This document shows positions 56,399-64,000 of a stretch of DNA of 64,000 nucleotides, piece by piece. The translations under genes and the position numbers were made by a program. Position 1 is the stretch's first letter, and each line of letters begins with the position of its first letter. The notes beneath the pieces were generated by a model. It made no database searches. It was not told the origin of the DNA and was given only the letters and a program-made list of their open reading frames with translations. The DNA lies in assembly GCA_963662615.2 (NCBI GenBank), contig CAXXSR010000002.1, positions 320,001 through 384,000 of the forward strand. The letters run 5' to 3'. The DNA is from Dehalococcoidia bacterium. GTDB taxonomy: Bacteria > Chloroflexota > Dehalococcoidia > Bin125.

Positions 56399-56918
56399 GG
56401 CCTTCCTGAGACGGCACCGGTCCCTGGCTGAGCCACTCAGGTCCGGCGAGGCGGCGCAGGCCGCCCGTGTCAACCTTGGCTAGCGCCGCCCGCACGGTTT
56501 CACGCCCGCCCGGCAGCACACGCTCTCCGTCCAGGTCCGCCAGCGGCTGCAAGACGAAGGCGCGCTCGCGCAGGCGCGGGTGGGGGATCGTCAGCTGCTC
56601 GCTCTCCAGGCGCAGGGCGTCGTAGAGGAGGATGTCAAGGTCAAGGGGGCGCGGGCCCCAGCGCGGTCCCGGCCGCCGCCCCAGGTCGCGCTCAACCCGC
56701 TTGAGCTTCTCCAAAAGGTCGATGGGAGCGAGCGCCGTCTCACCGCGCAGGACAGCGTTCAGGAAGGGCGGCTGGTCGGTCACGCCCACGGGGTCCGATT
56801 CGTACAGCGGCGAGACGGCGAGCACGTGCAACTCCGGCGCCAGCAGCGCGACGCCGCGCCGCAGGCTCGCGCGCCGGTCGCCCATGTTGGAGCCCAGTGC
56901 GATCACCGCTTCCGCCAT
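56355..56918 (-). CDS. folK: 6-hydroxymethyl-7,8-dihydropterin pyrophosphokinase
   Basis: IALGSNMGDR, QPPFLNAV, WGPRPLDLDIL, IPHPRLRERAFVL. Confidence 0.96.
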   Translation of the reverse strand: MAEAVIALGSNMGDRRASLRRGVALLAPELHVLAVSPLYESDPVGVTDQPPFLNAVLRGETALAPIDLLEKLKRVERDLGRRPGPRWGPRPLDLDILLYDALRLESEQLTIPHPRLRERAFVLQPLADLDGERVLPGGRETVRAALAKVDTGGLRRLAGPEWLSQGPVPSQEGPTPGPGVRPRTPGR

Positions 56919-56970
56919 TGGTCCCACCTAGCACCGACTCCGGCGCGCCTGCAATTTCACGGGCGCGGCC

Positions 56971-57858
56971 CTACGACGTCGCGCCGTCTGGGGCCCCCGG
57001 CGCCCCCTCCTCAGCCCGCGGCCAGCCGCGCACGACAGCATCGGTCATGCGGGCGACCCGCACCATGGCGCGCACGTCGTGGACGCGAACGATGTCGGCC
57101 CCATTGGCGATGGACAGCGCCACCGTCGCGGCGGTTCCCTCCAGCCTCTCGTGGACCGGCAGGTCGAGCACATGGCCAATCGCGCTCTTCCGGGAGGTGC
57201 CGATCAGGATCGGGCGGCCCAGGCTGCGCAGCTCCCCCAGGCGGCGCAACATCTCCAGATTCTGCTCCGGCCGCCAGCCGAAGCCGAAGCCGGGATCAAC
57301 GAGCAGGCGTTCGCGGGGGATGCCCGCGGCCTCGGCCGTGGCCATCGCTGCCAGCAAGCCGTCACGGATGTCGCCCACGACGTCGAGGTACGGCCGGTTG
57401 CGCTGGTTGTGCATGGCCACGACGACCGCGCCCGCCTCCGCGACGGCGCGGACGATCTCCGCATCGGCACGGAGGCCGTTGACGTCATTGACGATCGTGG
57501 CGCCCGCCTCCAGAGCGGCGCGCGCTACGACCCCTTTCGTGGTGTCCACGCTGAGCGGCACCGCCCGCTGCCGCTGCAGTTTCGTCGCCAGGCGTTCGAT
57601 CACGGGCACCACGCGCGCCAGCTCCACCTCCGCGAGCACGGGCTTGAAGCCGGGCCGGGTCGATTCGGCGCCCACGTCCAGGATGTCGGCGCCCTCCTCG
57701 ACCATCTGGAGGCCGCGTTGCACGGCGGCCTCAACATCGTCGCCCAGGCCGTCAGCGGCGAAGGAGTCCGGGGTGCAGTTGATGATCCCCATCACGAACG
57801 TTCGCGTCCCCCAAGCGAAGAGGCGACCGGCGACGGAGAGGGGGGCGCGCGCATCCAT
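56971..57858 (-). CDS. folP: Dihydropteroate synthase
   Basis: MGIINCTPDSF, DVGAESTRPG, DPGFGF, GTSRKS, VRVHDV. Confidence 0.97.
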   Translation of the reverse strand: MDARAPLSVAGRLFAWGTRTFVMGIINCTPDSFAADGLGDDVEAAVQRGLQMVEEGADILDVGAESTRPGFKPVLAEVELARVVPVIERLATKLQRQRAVPLSVDTTKGVVARAALEAGATIVNDVNGLRADAEIVRAVAEAGAVVVAMHNQRNRPYLDVVGDIRDGLLAAMATAEAAGIPRERLLVDPGFGFGWRPEQNLEMLRRLGELRSLGRPILIGTSRKSAIGHVLDLPVHERLEGTAATVALSIANGADIVRVHDVRAMVRVARMTDAVVRGWPRAEEGAPGAPDGATS

Positions 57859-57877
57859 AACGAACCTGACGGCTTCG

Positions 57878-58465
57878 TCAGTCGACGAGGGGAACCTCCT
57901 CGACGGTAGGGCGAAGCCGAACGCGACCGCTGCCCGGCGGCTCGGGACCCGGGCGCAGGTCGATCTCGGTGGGCTTGACGGCGCCGTCGATGCCGGTGCT
58001 CTCGATGCGCCAGGCGCGGACCGGCGGTGGTTCCTCCGCAAGAGAGACCAGCACCCAGTACGGCCACGGGTCTGAGCCCAAGAGCCGGGCGGCGATCCCC
58101 AGATCGGTTGGCGATGGCCGGGCTTCCGTCATGGTGTGCGAGTGGTAGATCACCAGCATGTCCCCGCCCTCGCCTTCAATGGCGCGGTACAGATGGATGA
58201 GTTCATGTCCGGGGATGGAGAAGCGGTAGCGACTCGTCTCACCGGTAACGGGTTCACTGTCGCGACCGCGGAACCGGATATCCATCTCCCCGCCCCGGGA
58301 CAGCAAAGCGTCCACAGTCCGATAGACGTTTGACGCCCGATAGAGCTTGAGGGAACCGTCCGGAAAGCGGCCAATCAGGCCGCAACATTCGCTGGGATTG
58401 TCCTCCCGAGCGTGTTTGATCATCTCGTCGATGAACGACTGCGGCAGCGTCAGCGCCTCGTCCAT
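57878..58465 (-). CDS. JAMM/MPN+ (M67, Mec-like) metalloprotease
   Basis: P.ECCGL and HSHTMTEARPSPTD JAMM motif; YWVLVSL. Confidence 0.92.
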   Translation of the reverse strand: MDEALTLPQSFIDEMIKHAREDNPSECCGLIGRFPDGSLKLYRASNVYRTVDALLSRGGEMDIRFRGRDSEPVTGETSRYRFSIPGHELIHLYRAIEGEGGDMLVIYHSHTMTEARPSPTDLGIAARLLGSDPWPYWVLVSLAEEPPPVRAWRIESTGIDGAVKPTEIDLRPGPEPPGSGRVRLRPTVEEVPLVD

Positions 58466-58567
58466 CCGATCGCCCCTGACCCTCTCCCCATGCGGCGCGG
58501 CGATCAGGGACCGCGCCCGCCCAACCGAGGGGCAGGGTATCGCACGCCACTGGGGAGCGTCCGCCGC

Positions 58568-58960
58568 TTACTCGTCCTCCGGCGGCGGGCGCCATTCGCG
58601 GATGGGCCCATCGTCGTGGCAGGACGAGGGGTTGCGCTGCATCTCCAGCAAGGACCGGCTCAGCGGCGGCATGAGGAGGTGATCGAGCCAGTGGTCGCGC
58701 TCATCCTCCGCGACGAGCTGCACGAGATCGTCGAAGCGCAGGTGGATGACGCGATCGTCTTCCACGAGGCCGAAGTCCAGAATGGGACGGCCGGGCCGTA
58801 GCAGCCGGCCCACGGTATCGCTGCGCAGGATCTTGGCGCCGGGCGCTTGCAGATAGCGGTGCAGCACGGCGGCTCGGAAGTGCAGCGGCAAAGCGCCGGC
58901 TTGACCGGCCCGCAAGGCGCCTTCCAGCGATCGACGAAAGACCGGATCGCTTCTCTGCAC
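58568..58960 (-). CDS. Hypothetical protein, 130 aa
   Basis: Co-oriented ORF with SD AAGGAG between rhodanese and JAMM genes; no recognised motif. Confidence 0.75.
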   Translation of the reverse strand: MQRSDPVFRRSLEGALRAGQAGALPLHFRAAVLHRYLQAPGAKILRSDTVGRLLRPGRPILDFGLVEDDRVIHLRFDDLVQLVAEDERDHWLDHLLMPPLSRSLLEMQRNPSSCHDDGPIREWRPPPEDE

Positions 58961-59000
58961 GCGCTCCTTGGGGCGCTCCGCGCCGCTCTTGCCCTGCCGC

Positions 59001-59849
59001 CTACGTGGCCGATGGGTTCTCGATCGGCGTCCCCGCCATCCTGCCCCACTCAGTCCAGGAGCCGTCGTAGTTGCGGACGTCCTGGTAGCCGAGGAGATGC
59101 TTGAGCGCGAGTCAGCTGTGCGAGGAGCGCTCGCCGATTCGGCAATACGCGATGATCGGTTTCGAGCCGTCTATGCCCCTGCCGCCATAGACTGCCCGCA
59201 GCTCATCAGCGCTCTTGAAGGTGCCATCTTCCGCAACCGCCTGGACCCAGGGAATGTTGTCGGCGCCGGGAATATGCCCCTTGCGCTGCGCCGTCTCCGC
59301 CAGGCCTGGTGGCGCCATGATCACGCCGTTGTATTCGTCGGGCGAGCGGACGTCGACCAGCGGGTTGCCGCTGTTGACGTGGCTGAGCACGTCCGGCGCC
59401 AGGGCGCGGATCGACTCGTCCCGCGCACCAACGGTGATGTTGCCGGCAGCGGAGCTGGAGGCATCGGTGGTGGTGGGGCGGCCCTCATCCAGCCACTTCT
59501 TGCGGCCCCCGTTCATCAGCTTGGTGTTCGTGACGCCGTACATCTCCAGCATCCAGAGGGCGTAGGCCGCAAACCAGTTGTTGTTGTCCCCGTAGAGGAT
59601 GATCGTGCTGTCCGCTTTCGCGCCGGCGCCGCGAAGGAGCCTCTGGACTGTCGCGCTGTCGGCCACGTCACGGCGGATCTGGTCCTGGAGCTGCGACGTC
59701 CAGTTCCAGGCCACGGCGCCGGGCGGGTGCCCCTCGTCGTAGACGCTGGTATCCACGTCCACTTCAATCAGCCGGACTTTGGGGTCGTCCAGGTGGTCGG
59801 CGACCCAGTCTGTGCTCACGAGGATGTCGGCGTTCGCGTATTCCGCCAT
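59001..59849 (-). CDS. Tandem-domain rhodanese/thiosulfate sulfurtransferase (SseA/CysA-like) with in-frame TGA at 59112-59114
   Basis: [49 protein letters not shown]...[11 protein letters not shown]; 282 aa if read through. Confidence 0.9.
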
Positions 59850-59914
59850 TTCCCGTCTCCCCTATCCGTCAATCCGATGTGGTCTGGCTCGCGGCTCCGC
59901 AGCAGTGGGCGCAT

Positions 59915-59943
59915 AGGATAAGCAAGGGGTCTAACGATCGCAA
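59915..59943 (-). promoter_or_regulatory. Putative internal promoter for rhodanese-hypothetical-JAMM
   Basis: TTGCGA-N17-TATCCT on the minus strand in a 149-bp gap. Confidence 0.45.
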
Positions 59944-59998
59944 GCGCGCGGCGAAGGCGAAGGCGCCGGGGTGAGAGGCGCGGTGTCCCCCGGCCTCG

Positions 59999-60973
59999 CT
60001 ACCACCAGAGCTGCCCTTCGATCTCCTCGTCCCCCTCAATGTCCTCATAGTCACGTCCCCACAGGCCGGTGGAGACGTACTTCCAGCCGCCGTCGGCCAA
60101 GAGGACGACGACGTCGCCACTGTCGATGCGCTCGGCCACGCGCTGGGCAGTGCGCAACGCCGCGCCGGCCGAGATGCCCGCGAAGACACCCTCTTGCTCC
60201 AGCAGCCGCTTGGTGAGAGCAAACGACGTGCGGCTGTCAACGACGATGCGCGCGTCCAGCACCGATTCATCCAGCACGGGCGGCACGTAGCCCTCTTCCA
60301 GGCTGCGCAGCCCCTGCACGAGATCGCCAGGGTGCGGCGTGGCGGCCACGATCTTCACGTCCGCTTTGGCGCCCTTGTGCGTTTTGGCACCCTTGAAAAA
60401 GTGGCCCACGCCGGTCAAGGTGCCGCCCGTCCCCAGCCCGGCCACAAAGTGCGTGACATCAGGACAGTCGCGCAGGATCTCCGGGCCGGTGGTAGCGAAA
60501 TGGGCGGCGGGGTTGTGGGGATTTTCGTACTGCATGGGCATGAACAGGGACGGCTCTTCCCGTTGCAGCTCTTTCGCCATCTTGACGGAGCCGTTGGTCC
60601 CCAACTCGCCGGGCGAGAGGATCACCTCCGCGCCGTAGAACTGGAGGAGCGACCGACGCTCCACGCTGACACTCTCCGGCAGCACGCACCTGAGGGGATG
60701 GCCGTAGAGTCGCGCCACCATCCCCAGCGCGATGCCGGTGTTGCCGCTGGTGGGCTCCAGGATGGTTTGCCCCGGCTTCAGCGACCCGTCGGCGCGGGCC
60801 GCGTCGATCATCGCGCGGGCGATGCGATCCTTGACCGAGCCGGTGGGGTTCTGGCCTTCCAGCTTCGCCCAGATGCGCACGGACTCCTTCGGCGACGAAT
60901 GCCGCAAGAGCAGCAACGGCGTATTGCCGATCAGGTCAAGGACGGATTCGTAGCGCGTCGCAGGTGGCGCCAC
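59999..60973 (-). CDS. cysM: Cysteine synthase CysM-type (sulfur-carrier dependent)
   Basis: LEGQNPTGSVKDR, EPTSGNTG, GLGTGGT, ADGGWKY..TG, C-terminal GQLWW like actinobacterial CysM. Confidence 0.85.
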   Translation of the reverse strand: MAPPATRYESVLDLIGNTPLLLLRHSSPKESVRIWAKLEGQNPTGSVKDRIARAMIDAARADGSLKPGQTILEPTSGNTGIALGMVARLYGHPLRCVLPESVSVERRSLLQFYGAEVILSPGELGTNGSVKMAKELQREEPSLFMPMQYENPHNPAAHFATTGPEILRDCPDVTHFVAGLGTGGTLTGVGHFFKGAKTHKGAKADVKIVAATPHPGDLVQGLRSLEEGYVPPVLDESVLDARIVVDSRTSFALTKRLLEQEGVFAGISAGAALRTAQRVAERIDSGDVVVLLADGGWKYVSTGLWGRDYEDIEGDEEIEGQLWW

Positions 60974-60981
60974 TACGACGG

Positions 60982-61254
60982 TCAGCCTCCCGCCAGCGCG
61001 GGCAGGATGGACACGACGTCCCCGTCCCGCAGAGGGGTGTCGATCTGCCCGAGGAAGCGGATGTCCTCATCGTTGAGGAAGATGTTGACGAAGCGTCGCA
61101 GCGCGCCGTCCTCCATGATCTGATCGCGGAAGCCAGGGAAGTCGGTGTCGATGTTCCCCAGCAGGATGGCGACGGTGTCGCCTTCGTAGAGCAGAATCTT
61201 CTGGCCCTCCGTGTACTTTTGCAGGATCGAGGGAACGCGTACTTCTACGGACAT
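60982..61254 (-). CDS. Ubiquitin-like sulfur carrier (CysO/MoaD/SAMP-like)
   Basis: LRRFVNIFLNDEDIRF...VSILPALAGG-stop; free C-terminal GG. Confidence 0.93.
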   Translation of the reverse strand: MSVEVRVPSILQKYTEGQKILLYEGDTVAILLGNIDTDFPGFRDQIMEDGALRRFVNIFLNDEDIRFLGQIDTPLRDGDVVSILPALAGG

Positions 61255-61258
61255 GCTC

Positions 61259-62368
61259 TCAGCCTTGCGACACCGGCTGCGCCACGGCTCCTTCGTGGAA
61301 GGGCGAGCCACAGAACTCTTCGTAATCGATCAGCTCGGTCACGGTGGGCGCGTCGCCGCAGAGCGGGCAGTGCGGGTCGTGACGGATCTTGACGATGCGG
61401 AACTCCATCGCCAGCGCGTCGTAGAGCAACAGCCGGTTCTTGAGCGGCTCACCGATCTCCAGCAGCAGCTTCAGGGCCTCCGTCGCCTGAACGCCGCCCA
61501 CTGTGCCCGGCAAGGCGCCCAGGACTCCGGCTTCCGCGCAGGACGGCACCATGCCGGGCGGCGGCGGACTGGGGTAGAGGCAGCGGTAGCAGCCCTGGCC
61601 GGGAAGGAAGGTTGTGATTTGGCCCTCGAAGAGGAAGATGCTCCCGTCGACGAGGGGCTTTTCCAGCAAGTAGCAAGCGTCGTTGACGAGATAGCGCGTG
61701 GCGAAGTTGTCGGCGCCGTTCACCACGATGTCGTATTGGGAGATGATGGCGAAGGCGTTCTCCGAGGTGAGCGGCTCCTCGTGCTTCACCACGGTCACGT
61801 TGGGATTGACGTCCGCGAGGCGATCGGCTGCCGATTCAACCTTGGGCCGCCCCACGTCACTGGTGCCGTGAATGATCTGCCGCTGCAGGTTGCTCAGATC
61901 CACTTGGTCGAAGTCGACGATGCCGAGCGTCCCCACCCCGGCCGCGGCCAGATAGAGGAGCACTGGCGAGCCGAGGCCGCCCGCGCCCACGACCAACACT
62001 TTGCCGTTCATCAATTTCCGCTGCCCCACCGGGCCGACCTGATCCATGATCAGATGGCGGGCGTAGCGGTCCACCTGCTCCGGCGTCAGCGCCGCCCCTC
62101 CGGCAATGGCGGGAATGACCGAAACCTCGTCACCTTCCGCGACGGGCGTGTCGGACCCGCGCAGGGTTGAGATCTCCTGGTTGTTCACGTAGACGTTGAC
62201 GTCTTCGAGAATCTTGCGATCGGCGTCGAAGACCATCTCGCCGAAGCCGGGGAAGCGCCGTTCCAAGTCGCGCAGCACGCCGGCAACGTCGGAGCCGTCG
62301 GCGTCGACGAAGGTGCGGTTGCCCGCCAAGCGCCGAAAGGGCGTGGGGATATAGACCCGGACCGTCAT
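61259..62368 (-). CDS. Ubl (MoaD-like)-MoeB/ThiF E1 adenylyltransferase fusion
   Basis: Residues 1-91 Ubl ending PAIAGG, then RYARH, GAGGLGS, DLSNLQRQ, CYRC, SCAEAGV, CPLC; no C-terminal rhodanese. Confidence 0.93.
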   Translation of the reverse strand: MTVRVYIPTPFRRLAGNRTFVDADGSDVAGVLRDLERRFPGFGEMVFDADRKILEDVNVYVNNQEISTLRGSDTPVAEGDEVSVIPAIAGGAALTPEQVDRYARHLIMDQVGPVGQRKLMNGKVLVVGAGGLGSPVLLYLAAAGVGTLGIVDFDQVDLSNLQRQIIHGTSDVGRPKVESAADRLADVNPNVTVVKHEEPLTSENAFAIISQYDIVVNGADNFATRYLVNDACYLLEKPLVDGSIFLFEGQITTFLPGQGCYRCLYPSPPPPGMVPSCAEAGVLGALPGTVGGVQATEALKLLLEIGEPLKNRLLLYDALAMEFRIVKIRHDPHCPLCGDAPTVTELIDYEEFCGSPFHEGAVAQPVSQG

Positions 62369-62379
62369 GCCTGCCCTCC

Positions 62380-63357
62380 CTACGAGGCCGGCGCCCGCTC
62401 GCGCCGGTGAGCGCCCGCGCGGGCTGTGGTCGCCGGTTCAAGGTTCACGCTCAAGTATCGCTCGCCGGTGTCGCAGATGACTGTGACGACGCGCTTACCC
62501 GCCCCCAGGTCCTGCGCGACCCGGCAGGCGGCCGCGACGTTGGCGCCGGACGAGATCCCGGCCAAGATCCCTTCCTCCCGCGTGAGGCGGGCCGTCATGG
62601 CGTAGGCGTCCTCGTCGCGGATGCCCATGACCTCGTCGTAGATATCGCGGTTGAGGACGCAGGGGACGAAGGAGGCGCCGATCCCCTGGATGCCGTGCAC
62701 GCCAAAGCGTCCCCCTTGCAGGACGGGCGAGCGCTCCGGCTCCACCGCCACAATGAGGAGATCCGCCCGGTGTTGCCGCAACACCTCGCCCACGCCGGTA
62801 ATGGTCCCGCCGGTGCCCACGCCCGCCACGAAGGCGTCAATGCGCCCGCCCGTCGCCTCCCAGATCTCCTCCGCCGTCGTGCGGCGGTGCACCTCGGGGT
62901 TGGCCGGGTTCAGGAACTGCTGGGGCAAGAAGTGGCCCGGGCGCTCCGCGATCTCCTCGGCGGCGAACACGGCCCCGGTCATCCCCTCAATGGCGGGGGT
63001 GAGGACCAGCTCCGCGCCGTAGCGCTCGAAGAGTCGCCGCCGCTCCTGGCTCATGTCCTCCGGCATAGTGAGGATGAGGTGATACCCCTTCACGGCCGCG
63101 ACCATGGCCAGGCCCACGCCCGTGTTGCCGCTGGTGGGCTCAACGAGGGTGTCGCCCGGCCTGATCCGCCCCGACCGCTCGGCCTCTTCGATCATCGCCT
63201 TGGCGATGCGATCCTTCACGGAGCCAGCCGGGTTGAGCGTCTCCATCTTGCCCAGCACCTCGGCGGCGCCTTCCGGCACCACGCGGCGCAGGCGGACCAA
63301 TGGGGTCTCGCCCACCAGGTCCACAACGGAATCAACAATGCCGCGACGACTGTTCAT
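62380..63357 (-). CDS. cysK: Cysteine synthase A
   Basis: NPAGSVKDR, EPTSGNTG, QQFLNPAN, GVGTGGT, HGIQGIG, DTGERYLS. Confidence 0.93.
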   Translation of the reverse strand: MNSRRGIVDSVVDLVGETPLVRLRRVVPEGAAEVLGKMETLNPAGSVKDRIAKAMIEEAERSGRIRPGDTLVEPTSGNTGVGLAMVAAVKGYHLILTMPEDMSQERRRLFERYGAELVLTPAIEGMTGAVFAAEEIAERPGHFLPQQFLNPANPEVHRRTTAEEIWEATGGRIDAFVAGVGTGGTITGVGEVLRQHRADLLIVAVEPERSPVLQGGRFGVHGIQGIGASFVPCVLNRDIYDEVMGIRDEDAYAMTARLTREEGILAGISSGANVAAACRVAQDLGAGKRVVTVICDTGERYLSVNLEPATTARAGAHRRERAPAS

Positions 63358-63412
63358 GACTCCCTGCTGTGGCGTCCTCTCAAACCGGACTGCCCGCGCC
63401 AGTCACGGCCCC

Positions 63413-63844
63413 TTAGATAGAGTACCGACCGCCGCCGACCGCCGCCTCCTCTTTGGCGAGATCGGCGAGTGTGCGGCTGCGTAGGACTCGTCGGGTGGAC
63501 TCCCGGACCTCCTCCCACATCCGAAGTTGCGCAACCGAACCGGAACAAGCGAGGTCGGGGTCGTCCAGACAGGCGCCCGGGCTAATGGGCCCCTCCAGAT
63601 TCTCGACCACGTCCTCCATCACGATGGCCTCCGGATCGCGGGCCAGCTCGTGTCCTCCCTGTGCGCCGCGGACCGAGCGGACCAAGCCCGCGAGCCGCAG
63701 CGCCCCCAGCACCTGCCCCACCAGGGATTCTGGGATCCCTTGGCGGCTGGAGATCTCGCTGCTGGGGATGGGACCACGGCCCCGGTTCTGCGCCAAGTCC
63801 ACGAGAGCGCGGATCCCGTAATCCCCTTTGCTTGTGAGTCTCAT
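63413..63844 (-). CDS. Rrf2 family transcriptional regulator (CymR/IscR-like)
   Basis: MRLTSKGDYG.RAL, GLVRSVRGAQGG..LAR, LEGP; only two Cys. Confidence 0.93.
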   Translation of the reverse strand: MRLTSKGDYGIRALVDLAQNRGRGPIPSSEISSRQGIPESLVGQVLGALRLAGLVRSVRGAQGGHELARDPEAIVMEDVVENLEGPISPGACLDDPDLACSGSVAQLRMWEEVRESTRRVLRSRTLADLAKEEAAVGGGRYSI

Positions 63845-63889
63845 CCCGACCTCATGACGCTGATGGGACAAGCGACGGTAATCTGTACT

Positions 63890-63905
63890 GAAATGGTATC
63901 ATTTC
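63890..63905. promoter_or_regulatory. Palindromic operator candidate upstream of Rrf2
   Basis: GAAATG-GTAT-CATTTC in an AT-rich patch. Confidence 0.5.
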
Positions 63906-64000
63906 TCACGTATGGGTGGCTGGTTGCGCCCGGCGCCAATGTTGCCCAGTTAAACCAGGCTGGACAAGAGGCGAACCCGCCGACCCCAAGGCCGGGAGCC

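Noticed and set aside
59112-59114. Genome-wide TGA=Trp recoding
   Set aside because: TGA terminates conserved genes at the expected ends (rpmD, rpsH, rplP), and TGG is used for Trp throughout.
63910-64000. SAM riboswitch or 6S RNA upstream of the sulfur operon
   Set aside because: No SAM-I core recognised and the region is cut by the window edge; cannot be supported without a covariance search.

Overview
High-GC (about 70% by eye) bacterial chromosome segment. Gene content and protein style point to Chloroflexota, probably Dehalococcoidia (inference). Nearly all genes are on the minus strand. 1-21.3 kb: fused str-S10-spc-alpha ribosomal superoperon (rpsL to rplQ, then truA cut by the window edge). 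It lacks rpsN and rpmJ, several r-proteins carry acidic low-complexity tails, and SecY has a ~140-aa inserted domain. 21.3-35.5 kb: ccsA, a PIG-L deacetylase / MshA-like GT4 / GNAT / folE / lipid kinase cluster, thrC / coiled-coil protein / hom, rpsF-ssb-rpsR (349-aa S18), glyA and comF. 35.6-47.6 kb: MoaD-MoaE fusion, rplI-dnaB-dnaD-double-ATPase loader, purQL, 7TM-HD phosphodiesterase, yqeY, two unannotated desulforedoxin-like miniproteins and a GIY-YIG-like ORF. 47.7-52.5 kb: Rieske/cytochrome b complex operon with a diheme cytochrome c, a cupredoxin lipoprotein and an unannotated 39-aa single-TM gene. 52.5-58 kb: purFM and folPK. 57.9-63.9 kb: Rrf2-led sulfur-relay locus (cysK, Ubl-MoeB fusion, CysO-like Ubl, cysM, rhodanese with an in-frame TGA, conserved-looking unknown, JAMM protease). 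The best leads are the Ubl-fusion/JAMM sulfur relay with a possibly recoded rhodanese, the SecY insertion and the small unannotated proteins. I saw no rRNA, tRNA, CRISPR array or intact mobile element. All family assignments come from motif recognition, not database searches.
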